From contig JAYTGA010000299.1 in assembly GCA_043733905.1 (NCBI GenBank), positions 85 to 64,084 of the forward strand: DNA of 64,000 bases, read 5' to 3'. This DNA comes from Segetibacter sp. (lineage in GTDB: Bacteria; Bacteroidota; Bacteroidia; Chitinophagales; Chitinophagaceae). Under the pieces are notes generated by a model that worked only from the letters and a program-made list of their open reading frames with translations, was not told the origin of the DNA and made no database searches. A program made the position numbers and the translations under genes. Of this stretch, positions 19,455-28,796 are shown piece after piece. How positions within the stretch are numbered: the first letter of the stretch is position 1; the number at the start of each line of letters is the position of its first letter.

Positions 19455-22400
19455 ATGACATCAAACTTTTTTACAAACCAAGGTGAGAATACTCTCTACA
19501 AAAAATTTGTAGGGGTGTTTGCACACATGCAAAACATAGAATACTTCAAATCAGTTATCGGTTATTTCAGAGCATCGGGATATTTCGCCATACGCAAACA
19601 TTTTCCAAACGACTTGAAAGTAAAAATTATTGCAGGAATAAATGTTGACCCTTTCATTGCTTTGGCTCAAAAGCAAGGGTTGCTTTTTAACCTCAATGCA
19701 AAAGACACCAAAGAAACTTTTATTGAATCTATACAAGACGACATTTTCAGTGCGAAGTATGGAAAGGAAATTGAAGAAGGAATTCTTCAACTCATAAGCG
19801 ACATTGCAGACGGTAAAATTGAAATCAGAGCACACAACTCAAAGAAGCTTCATTCCAAGTTTTACATTTTCCTTTCTCCAAACTTCAACGAACACAATCC
19901 AAACGGAATGGTGATAATGGGTTCTTCAAATCTATCTGCACAAGGTTTAGGTTTAGAAGATGTTCAACACAATTACGAAATGAATGTGGAGTTGAGAGAT
20001 TATGAGAATGTAAAATTTGCCGACACAGAGTTTGAAAAACTTTGGGAACAAGGCACAGCGATACTTCCAGTTGATGCACCTGCATTGATTAAGAAAACTT
20101 ATTTGGATGCTACTCCTACTCCCTTTGAATTATTCGTAAAATTTCTGATTGAGTTTTTTGGAAAGAACATTGAGTATGACCCCGACAGTATCAGCGATAT
20201 TCCGTTGAAGAAGTTTAAAAAGTTGAGTTACCAAATTGATGCAGTCAATCAAGGTTATGAATTGCTTTTGAAATACAACGGTTTCTTTTTAGCTGATGTA
20301 GTAGGAACTGGAAAAACAGTAATGGCTGCTTTGCTTGCTAAGAAATTCATCATCCAAAACGGACCAAAAACAAAAGTGTTGGTGGTTTACCCGCCAACAC
20401 TTGAGAAGAACTGGAAAAGCACTTTTAAAGAATTTAGGATTGACGACAAGTGCCACTTCATTGCAAACGGAAGTTTGAATAAAATTGTGGAAGGCGACCA
20501 TAACTATGCAGACAAAGAACGATACGATTTAATTCTTGTGGACGAAGCCCACAAGTTTAGAAATCACAGAAGCCAACAGTTTGAAAACCTGCAAGTGATT
20601 TGCAAAAGCGGCAGAGAAAATATTGGAGCTGTTGAAGGCTATGAAAAAAAGATTGTGCTGATTTCAGCAACTCCTTTGAACAACAAACCCGAAGACATTT
20701 ATTATCTCATTTCACTTTTTCAAGACATACGCAACAGCAATTTGGGTGAACCCAATTTGCAGCGTTATTTCTATCCTCACATCATTCGTTACAAAACTTT
20801 GATTCAGCAAACTCCTTTGGACTTAGCGGCAATCCAAGACATCTTTAATGACATCAGAGATAAAGTTGTAAAGGATATTACCATAAGAAGAACCCGAACT
20901 GACTTAAAGAAAAATGAACGCTATGCAAAGGACTTGATAGCCCAGGGAATTACATTTCCAAAGGTTGCCGATCCTTTTGCAAACGAATACGAATTACCAG
21001 ACGATTTAGCAGCCCTATTTATAGAAACATCAAACTGTTTAATTGACAGCAACAGAATTGATTTTTTCCGCTATCAGGCAATTGCTTACTTGACAGACGA
21101 AGCCAACAATGGTGTGTATCAAAATGCTCAAACCATTTCCCGTTCATTGGCTTTTATCATGCAAACGCAACTGATAAAAAGATTGGAGAGTAGTTTTTTC
21201 GCTTTCAAAAAATCATTGAACAAAATCACTATTTCAACTTTGCAAATGATTGAAATGTTTGAGAGAGACAATATTTTTATTGCTCCCGACCTTGACATTA
21301 CTGATTTGCTTAACCAAGGAAAGAGTGATGAAGAAATTGAAATTGAGATTCTGAAAATTGATGATGAAAAACCAAAGAACAAAAAATTCAAACAATCAGA
21401 TTTCAAAAACGGATTCATAGAAGGTTTAAGAACTGACTATGAAAATTTAAAATCGCTAAATGATAAATGGCAAGCTGTTGACGAAGAACACAACGACCCG
21501 AAGTGGAATGTATTTATTGACTTGTTGAAAAACGAATATTTCAATAAAAACAAAAACGAATTAGGCAAGTTGGTAATCTTCACAGAATCGGTTGACACTT
21601 TAAATTACTTAACAAAGCGACTGACAAAGGAAACTGACTACAAAATTTTAAGCATCACTTCAGAAAACAGAAACAAAGAATTTGAAACCATCCGTGAAAA
21701 TTTTGATGCGAATTACGAAGGCACTTTCAGACATGACTTTGACATCATTCTAACAACCGATGTATTAGCAGAGGGAATAAACTTGCACAGAGCCAATGTA
21801 ATTGTAAACTATGATACGCCTTGGAATCCAACCCGGCTAATCCAGCGACTTGGACGGATAAACCGAATTGGAACAAAAGCAAATTTCATTTACAACTACA
21901 ATTTTTATCCTTCGCAACATGGCGACATGGTTATTAATTTGAAAGAACGCAGCGAAGCAAAACTGCAAAGCAGCCACACAGCTTATGGTGAGGACAGCAG
22001 AATTTATTCGTTGAGAGAAATCATTGACCAGTGGGCAATGTTTGAAGAAAAAGAAGAAGAAACCGATTTGAGAACAGAATGGTTGGAGTGGTTGCGGAAA
22101 TACAGAGAACAAAACGAAGAACACTTTAATGCCATTCGAAAAATGCCTTTGAAAGTTCGGTGCATTAGGGAATTAAAAATTAAAAATGAAGAATTAAAAA
22201 TCAAAGAACCCAATTTTTTACTTTTCACTTTTCATTCTTCATTTAGTGTTGCCTTTGTAAAAAATGGTGATTACAAAAACATTTATGTTCATGTAAACGG
22301 AAAATCGTTTGCACTTCCATTTGAAAAAGCAGTAAAGATTTTTGAAGCGCAAAAATCAGAGCAAGGAATTTTACCCGTGCCTGATGTGCATTACGACCAA

Positions 22401-22772
22401 ATCAATGCAATCATTGAACAGTTTGAAAGAGACATTACAACTCCCGAAATGATTGGCGGAAACAATGACAAATTAGATGTGCGTTCAAACAAAGCATTGA
22501 ACGATTTGAATAATTGGTTGGCAAACCAAATTCTTTCTTCGCCTGATGCCATTGAAGCAGGAACAAATCTTTTGCCTCTATTGAAACACGGCACTTATGC
22601 AAACTTGACAAACGAAGTTTATAAATTGAGAAACGAAACCAATGCAATAAAATTAGAAATAGAGTTGATAAAACTTTCACGGAAATACACTTCTAAAATA
22701 AAGCGACAAGCAAAAAAAGAAGTAGAGCCATTGAATCCAAAAATTATCATCTCTGAAACTTTTGTATCATAA
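19455..22772 (+). CDS. PLD-nuclease / SF2 (SNF2-like) helicase fusion
   Basis: N-terminal HSKFYIF...GSSNLS (HxK PLD), LADVVGTGKT (Walker A), VDEAH, ISATP, TDVLAEGINL and QRLGRINR. Confidence 0.9.
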   Translation: MTSNFFTNQGENTLYKKFVGVFAHMQNIEYFKSVIGYFRASGYFAIRKHFPNDLKVKIIAGINVDPFIALAQKQGLLFNLNAKDTKETFIESIQDDIFSAKYGKEIEEGILQLISDIADGKIEIRAHNSKKLHSKFYIFLSPNFNEHNPNGMVIMGSSNLSAQGLGLEDVQHNYEMNVELRDYENVKFADTEFEKLWEQGTAILPVDAPALIKKTYLDATPTPFELFVKFLIEFFGKNIEYDPDSISDIPLKKFKKLSYQIDAVNQGYELLLKYNGFFLADVVGTGKTVMAALLAKKFIIQNGPKTKVLVVYPPTLEKNWKSTFKEFRIDDKCHFIANGSLNKIVEGDHNYADKERYDLILVDEAHKFRNHRSQQFENLQVICKSGRENIGAVEGYEKKIVLISATPLNNKPEDIYYLISLFQDIRNSNLGEPNLQRYFYPHIIRYKTLIQQTPLDLAAIQDIFNDIRDKVVKDITIRRTRTDLKKNERYAKDLIAQGITFPKVADPFANEYELPDDLAALFIETSNCLIDSNRIDFFRYQAIAYLTDEANNGVYQNAQTISRSLAFIMQTQLIKRLESSFFAFKKSLNKITISTLQMIEMFERDNIFIAPDLDITDLLNQGKSDEEIEIEILKIDDEKPKNKKFKQSDFKNGFIEGLRTDYENLKSLNDKWQAVDEEHNDPKWNVFIDLLKNEYFNKNKNELGKLVIFTESVDTLNYLTKRLTKETDYKILSITSENRNKEFETIRENFDANYEGTFRHDFDIILTTDVLAEGINLHRANVIVNYDTPWNPTRLIQRLGRINRIGTKANFIYNYNFYPSQHGDMVINLKERSEAKLQSSHTAYGEDSRIYSLREIIDQWAMFEEKEEETDLRTEWLEWLRKYREQNEEHFNAIRKMPLKVRCIRELKIKNEELKIKEPNFLLFTFHSSFSVAFVKNGDYKNIYVHVNGKSFALPFEKAVKIFEAQKSEQGILPVPDVHYDQINAIIEQFERDITTPEMIGGNNDKLDVRSNKALNDLNNWLANQILSSPDAIEAGTNLLPLLKHGTYANLTNEVYKLRNETNAIKLEIELIKLSRKYTSKIKRQAKKEVEPLNPKIIISETFVS

Positions 22773-22773
22773 T

Positions 22774-23826
22774 ATGAGCAAACTTAAAATTGATAAGAAC
22801 GCTGATTTTGAACAAGTTCTTTTACTTATTCAAGAAGCCCGTAGCAGAGTTTTCAGCAAAGCAAATGCTGAATTAGTGATGCTATATTTTAATGTAGGCA
22901 AAATGGTTTCTCAAAAAGTAAGTCAAGGAATTTGGGGAGAATCTGTTGTTGATGAACTGGCTAATCACATTGAAATACGTCTACCAGAACTTACAGGATT
23001 TAACCGTAGAGGGCTTTATAGAATGAAGCAATTCTTTGAAACCTATTCTAATCCGCTATTTGCGTCAACAGTGATGACACAAATAGAAATTGCTGAAAAT
23101 GAAGCCGAAAAATTTGTGACAACAGCGTTGACACAAATACAATGGAGTGCCCACCTGCACATTCTCAACAAAACAAAAACGGTAGAGGAAAAATTGTTTT
23201 ATATCCAATTAGCTATTAACGAAAAGTTATCAGTTCGGGAATTAGAAAGGCAATTGAACACTGCTGTTTATGAAAGGACAATGTTGAGTAATAAAATTGT
23301 GCCGCAGCCCGTGGCACAATTACCCCCAAACCTTTTTAAAGACCCATACATTTTTGAATTCCTTGATTTACCCGATATCCATTCAGAAAAAGATTTAGAA
23401 AAAGCACTTATTCAAAATCTTCAAAAATTTATATTGGAAGTGGGCAAAGGCTTCACTTACATGGGCAACCAATACCGCTTGCAGGTAGGCAATAAAGATT
23501 ACTACACCGACCTACTGTTTTACCACCGAGACCTGCAATGCCTTGTTTTATTTGAACTGAAAATTGAAGATTTTGCTCCTGAATTTTTGGGCAAACTCAA
23601 TTTCTATTTAGAGGCGTTGGATAGAGATGTAAAAAGACCAAACGAAAAGCCAAGCATAGGTATTCTGCTTTGCAAAGGAAAAGATACAGAAGTGGTAGAA
23701 TACGCTATGGCAAGAAATACCAGCCCTGCTGTAATAGCAGATTATGAAACCAAACTGATTGACAAAAAAGTATTAGCACAAAAACTTCATCAGCTTTCAG
23801 AGCTATTTAAAAAAGACATTGATTAA
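22774..23826 (+). CDS. DUF1016 / YhcG PD-(D/E)XK nuclease domain protein
   Basis: WSAH, KDPYIFEFL, GFTYMGNQYRL, YTDLLFYHR.L.CLVLFELK and PSIGILLC motifs. Confidence 0.92.
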   Translation: MSKLKIDKNADFEQVLLLIQEARSRVFSKANAELVMLYFNVGKMVSQKVSQGIWGESVVDELANHIEIRLPELTGFNRRGLYRMKQFFETYSNPLFASTVMTQIEIAENEAEKFVTTALTQIQWSAHLHILNKTKTVEEKLFYIQLAINEKLSVRELERQLNTAVYERTMLSNKIVPQPVAQLPPNLFKDPYIFEFLDLPDIHSEKDLEKALIQNLQKFILEVGKGFTYMGNQYRLQVGNKDYYTDLLFYHRDLQCLVLFELKIEDFAPEFLGKLNFYLEALDRDVKRPNEKPSIGILLCKGKDTEVVEYAMARNTSPAVIADYETKLIDKKVLAQKLHQLSELFKKDID

Positions 23827-26800
23827 TGACAATCACTGAAATACGAAGCATATTAGAAAGCCCTTACGACAGGAAGGTTTGGAAAGCTTTTATCCAAACC
23901 CAGTTCACCAACAACAAACTGAATGTTGAGGACAGAGCCATTTCTTTATCTGATAAAACTTTGAGCAAGCAATGTTTGGCATTGGGAAATTATGAAGTGG
24001 ATGAATACACCAAGATTGGAATCTTTGAAGTAGAGCTGAATGAGAAAGTAAACATCACAAGAAACAGAGTTGTCTTACGCAACCTCATTAAAGACATTAC
24101 CAAACAAGTTTCGGGTGCAATGGTGGTGTTTGTGCAAGGCGACAAGTGGCGTTTCAGCTACATCAGCAAACGAAAAATAAAAAACAAAGACACCAACGAA
24201 ATACAAGACAAAGAAACAGCCCCGAAGCGTTACACTTATTTGTTTGGTAAAAATGAAAAAGCCAAAACTGCCGCTGATAGATTTGATAAGCTAATAAAAA
24301 AGCAACAAGGAAATATTTTTCAGTTCTTAACGCTGAATGATTTTGAAGAAGCATTCTCTGTAGAAAAATTGAGCAAAGAGTTTTTCAAAAACTATAAAGA
24401 CACTTATGAAGATTTTGTGCAGTTCATCACAGGCAAGCGTTACGGCAAGCAAGGCAACAAGTATGTGGAACAGGTAATACACAAACCCAACTGGCAACTT
24501 ACTTCCTTGTTTGGCAAAGACGAAAAGCAAGCCCGTGATTTTTGCAAACGCATGATGGGTAGAATTGTGTTTCTCTATTTCATACAAAAGAAAGGTTGGC
24601 TTTCTTGTCCAATGGTTAATGGTCAATTATCAATTGTTAATTGGGGTGCAGGAGACCCTGACTATCTTTATAATTTATTCAATAACTCAAATAGTAAGGA
24701 TGACTTTTATAGCACTGAATTAGTAAATCTATTTTTCAAAACATTAAACAACCCAGATTCGGAAAAACCAATTAACCATTTACCATTAACAATTAATAAT
24801 TTCAAAGCTTTTCCGTATTTGAATGGTGGTTTGTTTGACGATAGCCACGATAAGAAATACAACAAATTGCATTTGCCCGAAACGGTTTTCAAAACACTTT
24901 TTGAAACATTCAACAACTTCAACTTTACCGTGTATGAAGATGCACCCGATGAACACACCGTAGCGGTTGACCCCGAAATGTTGGGACACATTTTTGAAAA
25001 CCTGTTGGAAGACAACAAAGACAAAGGAGCATTCTATACACCCAAAGAAATTGTGCATTACATGTGCAAGGAAAGTTTGAATGCTTACTTGATTACCAAA
25101 ATGAGTGAGGATGCTTCTGCTCCCCTCTCCTTTGGAGAGGGGCTGGGGGTGAGGTGCATTGAGCATATTATTCAGCAACAGGAATTGAGCAGCGATGAAA
25201 AACAATATGCCGAAAAGAACGCTTACAAAATAATTGATGCTTTAGAGAAGGTAAAAATTTGCGACCCTGCTATAGGTTCGGGTGCATTCCCAATGGGTTT
25301 GTTGCAGGAAATTTTTAATGCCCAGATTTATTTGCAGGAGTTGAAAGGATTTAAAAAAGGAATTACTGATGCACAAATAAAAAAGCACATCATTGAAGAA
25401 AGCATTTACGGAGTTGACATTGATGCAGGGGCCGTTGACATTGCACGGCTTCGCTTTTGGTTGAGCTTGGTAGTGGACGAACAAGTGCCGCAACCATTGC
25501 CCAACCTTGACTTTAAGATTGTTTGTGCCAATACATTGATAACTACAGGTTATGACAAGTTTGTTGAATTAGCAGAGAAAACGCAAACACCTACTTTGCT
25601 TAGAATGGATGGAGAAATTCAAAAACTCCAATCTATCAGAGACAAATATTTTGATGAAAGTAATAAAGCCAAAAAGGAGAATTTAAAAGTTGAGTTTGTT
25701 CAAACAAGAGATTACATTCTTGCTGAATTTCAGAGTTTGAAAAAAAATTATGCTCTTGGTGATTTTTTAGATAAAATTTCTGAGTGGCATCCTTTTGAAG
25801 AAACATCTTGTTCTTGGTTTGATGCACAATGGATGTTTGGTATTAAAGAAGGGTTTGATATTGTGATTGGTAATCCGCCTTATGTAAACATTGCGAACAT
25901 TAAGGATGAAAAATATAGAAGTACTTTAAAATCAATATTCTATTCAGCAAGGAATAAATCAGATTTATACGCATTCTTTTTAGAGAAAGGATTTAACCTT
26001 TTGAAGCCAAAAGGAACATTGAGTTACATTATACCGCAAACATGGAAAGCAACCGACAGCTTTATGAAATTAAGAGAAATCATATTTAAAGATAAGTCTG
26101 TTTTAAAGTTGATTGATTTAGATTTTGGAGTTTTTGATGCCATCGTAAAACCTATGGTGGTATTAATTTCAAATGAGAAAAACAAGAATAGTTCCTTTGA
26201 TATTTTAGACAGTTCATTCACAATAAAATCAAATGTTCGTGTTGCAGATATTTTGAATGATAAAGCGTTAACTTTAAATACAAACTTTGATGAAAATCAA
26301 AAGGAGCTTTTTAAGATTATTGAGTTAGGTAGTTCGTCTCTAATCAATTTTATAAAATTCTCAAGAGGTATTAAAACGAGTGATGATGGCAGATTTATTC
26401 AAACTGAAAAAATAAATGATGATTATAAAAAAATTTATCGTGGTAAAAACATTAAGGCTTATCAATTAAATTGGAATGAAGAATTTATTTGGTATAGACC
26501 AGATTTGATGAAAGAAAAGGTAGGCTCTGTTTCCTATACTAAAAGTTTTTTTGAAGTTCCCGAAAAGTTGATTACTCAAAGAGTAAACAGTTCAATGCAA
26601 CTTCTATGTGCATATGATAATGAACAAAACTATTTTTTAGATACAACTAATGTTTCCCGTTTTGATAGTTGGGACAAAAAAACTTCTCTCAAATTATTGT
26701 GTGGACTTTTAAACTCAAAAGTCTTGAATTATTGGTATTGCAATAAATATTTGATGCCAACTATTGGCATTTATGAATTACATACAGTTCCAATTAAAAT

Positions 26801-27170
26801 ACCTTCTAACTCTTTCCCATTCATAAATCTTGTTGATTATTTATTATATCTAAACAATAAAAAATCGAAAACTATCCTCTCCCACACTGAAAATCTGCGT
26901 TTAGCTTCTCACTTACAAGAAGTACTAAACATGATGGTTTATGAACTGTATTTTGAAAAGCACATGAAACAAAACGGCATTGATGTATTGCAGTTTATCA
27001 ATCCAAAACCAATTGCAGAAATAAAAGGAGAAAAGGAAAAAGCCGAAGTAATCAAAGATTTTTATTTGTGGTATCAAAAACCCGAAAACCCTGTAAGGCA
27101 ACGAATGCTTTTAGTAGAAACACGAAGCAAAGACAAAATTGCTTTAATCAATAAAAGTATTCAGCAATGA
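23826..27170 (+). CDS. Eco57I-like (type IIG/TaqI-like) N6-adenine DNA methyltransferase with target-recognition C-terminus
   Basis: YLNGGLF, GAFYTPKEIV, DPAIGSGAF (SAM binding) and FDIVIGNPPY (catalytic) motifs; TaqI-C-like TRD. Confidence 0.9.
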   Translation: MTITEIRSILESPYDRKVWKAFIQTQFTNNKLNVEDRAISLSDKTLSKQCLALGNYEVDEYTKIGIFEVELNEKVNITRNRVVLRNLIKDITKQVSGAMVVFVQGDKWRFSYISKRKIKNKDTNEIQDKETAPKRYTYLFGKNEKAKTAADRFDKLIKKQQGNIFQFLTLNDFEEAFSVEKLSKEFFKNYKDTYEDFVQFITGKRYGKQGNKYVEQVIHKPNWQLTSLFGKDEKQARDFCKRMMGRIVFLYFIQKKGWLSCPMVNGQLSIVNWGAGDPDYLYNLFNNSNSKDDFYSTELVNLFFKTLNNPDSEKPINHLPLTINNFKAFPYLNGGLFDDSHDKKYNKLHLPETVFKTLFETFNNFNFTVYEDAPDEHTVAVDPEMLGHIFENLLEDNKDKGAFYTPKEIVHYMCKESLNAYLITKMSEDASAPLSFGEGLGVRCIEHIIQQQELSSDEKQYAEKNAYKIIDALEKVKICDPAIGSGAFPMGLLQEIFNAQIYLQELKGFKKGITDAQIKKHIIEESIYGVDIDAGAVDIARLRFWLSLVVDEQVPQPLPNLDFKIVCANTLITTGYDKFVELAEKTQTPTLLRMDGEIQKLQSIRDKYFDESNKAKKENLKVEFVQTRDYILAEFQSLKKNYALGDFLDKISEWHPFEETSCSWFDAQWMFGIKEGFDIVIGNPPYVNIANIKDEKYRSTLKSIFYSARNKSDLYAFFLEKGFNLLKPKGTLSYIIPQTWKATDSFMKLREIIFKDKSVLKLIDLDFGVFDAIVKPMVVLISNEKNKNSSFDILDSSFTIKSNVRVADILNDKALTLNTNFDENQKELFKIIELGSSSLINFIKFSRGIKTSDDGRFIQTEKINDDYKKIYRGKNIKAYQLNWNEEFIWYRPDLMKEKVGSVSYTKSFFEVPEKLITQRVNSSMQLLCAYDNEQNYFLDTTNVSRFDSWDKKTSLKLLCGLLNSKVLNYWYCNKYLMPTIGIYELHTVPIKIPSNSFPFINLVDYLLYLNNKKSKTILSHTENLRLASHLQEVLNMMVYELYFEKHMKQNGIDVLQFINPKPIAEIKGEKEKAEVIKDFYLWYQKPENPVRQRMLLVETRSKDKIALINKSIQQ

Positions 27171-27472
27171 GTAGAATAAAATCCATACACATAAACAACT
27201 TCAAATTTTTTGATGAGCAACCACCAATTGAGTTGGGTGAAACGGGAAAACATTTGTTGTTATTTGGCGAAAATGGAAGCGGTAAGAGTTCGGTGTATTG
27301 GGCTTTATACACTTTGTTTGAGTGTGCCGCTAAAGATGATATAGAGGAAGGGATAAAAAAGTATTTCAAAGATGTAGAGAGCCATAACGAATCATTGGTT
27401 AACATCCCCTCGCTGGTTTCAGCCTTGCGAAGCAGACTGAAATCTAAAAAGAAAACAAAGATCTCCCGATGA
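27167..27472 (+). pseudogene. Truncated AAA/ABC-type ATPase (N-terminal Walker A only)
   Basis: RIKSIHINNFKFF...LLLFGENGSGKSS. The last ~22 codons are read-through into repeat copy 1 starting near 27406. Confidence 0.8.
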
Positions 27473-27520
27473 AAAATCAGGACGGGTTTCGACCGGTAAA
27501 AATTGAACAAGCTAAAAGAA
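27406..27520 (+). repeat. Cassette-boundary repeat copy 1
   Basis: CCCCTCGCTGGTTTCAGCCTTGCGAAGCAGACTGAAATCTAAAA...CGACCGGTAAAAATTGAAC. Confidence 0.9.
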
Positions 27521-27634
27521 AATGACCAATCATAAGGTCGTGATATTTTCGATTAAATTTGTAAAAACGAATGAGTACTGTACATAACTATAAAAGAGAT
27601 TTATGAATCAGGCAAAGTGATGCTTTCAGAAGAA

Positions 27635-27748
27635 CCGCCGCTGGTTTCAATTTTGCGAAACGGACTGAAATCTAAAATGGAATGTAGGTTTCCAGATGAA
27701 AAATCGGGAGAGGTTGCGACAGGTAAAAATTGAACAATTTAAAAGAAG
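27635..27748 (+). repeat. Cassette-boundary repeat copy 2
   Basis: CCGCCGCTGGTTTCAATTTTGCGAAACGGACTGAAATCTAAAA...GCGACAGGTAAAAATTGAAC. Confidence 0.85.
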
Positions 27749-27784
27749 GTAAACTAAAACCTCAAAAACTCATAATTTTGAAGT

Positions 27785-28027
27785 ATGACAAGCACTTATC
27801 GTTTAAATGTCAATGAGCTATCAATGGACTTGCTTAGTTCCATCAGGGCAGCTTTTAAGGATAAAGAGGTAGAAATCACTGTGACAGAAGCAATAGATGA
27901 AACCGATTATTTATTGTCCTCCGAAAAAAACAAGTCAAACCTTCACGAATCACTTCATTCATTGCAAGAAGGGAAAGGGGTTACATTCACTATACAGGAA
28001 TTGGAAGAAAAGTATGGTGCAAAATGA
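27785..28027 (+). CDS. Putative antitoxin cognate to YoeB (non-Phd-like N-terminus, YefM-like C-terminal DETDYLLSS..N..NL..S)
   Basis: 80 aa acidic protein, overlapping yoeB (ATGA); TAATTTTG box at 27773-27780. Confidence 0.7.
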   Translation: MTSTYRLNVNELSMDLLSSIRAAFKDKEVEITVTEAIDETDYLLSSEKNKSNLHESLHSLQEGKGVTFTIQELEEKYGAK

Positions 28028-28284
28028 AAACCATTACTTTAAGCCCTCAAGCTTTGGAGCACCTGGACGATTGGAAAAAGTCTGATCCCAAGGCACTTGC
28101 AAAAATTATTTCCCTGATTGTTGAAACCGCTTCCAATCCTTTTGCCGGCACAGGAAAGCCTGAACCTTTAAAACATTCACTAAAAGGAAAGTGGTCAAGA
28201 AGAATTACACAGGAACATAGGTTAGTGTACGAAGTGAAAGAAGAAACTATATGGATAGTATCATGCAGATTTCATTATGATTGA
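28024..28284 (+). CDS. yoeB: Txe/YoeB family toxin
   Basis: PFAGTGKPEPLKHSLKGKWSRRITQEHRLVY...CRFHY. Confidence 0.93.
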   Translation: MKTITLSPQALEHLDDWKKSDPKALAKIISLIVETASNPFAGTGKPEPLKHSLKGKWSRRITQEHRLVYEVKEETIWIVSCRFHYD

Positions 28285-28307
28285 TTAAAGTCCCTCCTGT
28301 TTTCAGT

Positions 28308-28423
28308 CCCCCCGCTGGTGTCAGTCTTGCGAAGCAGACTGAAATCTAAAAAGAAAACAAAGGTCTCCCGATGAAAAATCAGGACGGGTTTCGACCGATA
28401 AAAATTGAACAGGCTAAAAGAAA
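28308..28423 (+). repeat. Cassette-boundary repeat copy 3
   Basis: Near-identical to copy 1; preceded by a partial extra start CCCTCCTGTTTTCAGTC at about 28292-28308. Confidence 0.9.
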
Positions 28424-28478
28424 TGAGTAACAGTTCGGTCGTGCAAATTTCGAGTAAATTTGTATAAACGAATCAGCA

Positions 28479-28681
28479 ATGTACACAACCATAAAAGGGG
28501 TTTATGAAGCAGGCAAAGTGATGCTTTCAGAAGAGCCGCTGGTAAATGAGCAATCGGATGTGACGGTTACATTTTTGCTGAATGAGGTCAAGCCAATGAA
28601 TAAACCCAAACGAATATTGAGAGGATTATAAGGAAAATCAATACCCCTGATGATTTTAATGAGCCATTGGAAGAAAAGTAG
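28479..28681 (+). pseudogene. Degraded VapB-like (DUF104/DUF2281-type) antitoxin
   Basis: MYTTIKGVYEAGKVMLSEEP...GL* followed by a frameshifted GK(I)NTPDDFNEPLEE. An interrupted second copy of its 5' end lies at about 27580-27640. Confidence 0.65.
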
Positions 28682-28796
28682 GGTGCAAAATGAAAAATTT
28701 GAAACTGCAACAATTCAATGCCTAAAATAGCAATATACAAGTTCCTTACTTTTTACATTTTTTGCTTATGACGTTTAAATGAACCACCTCATTTGC

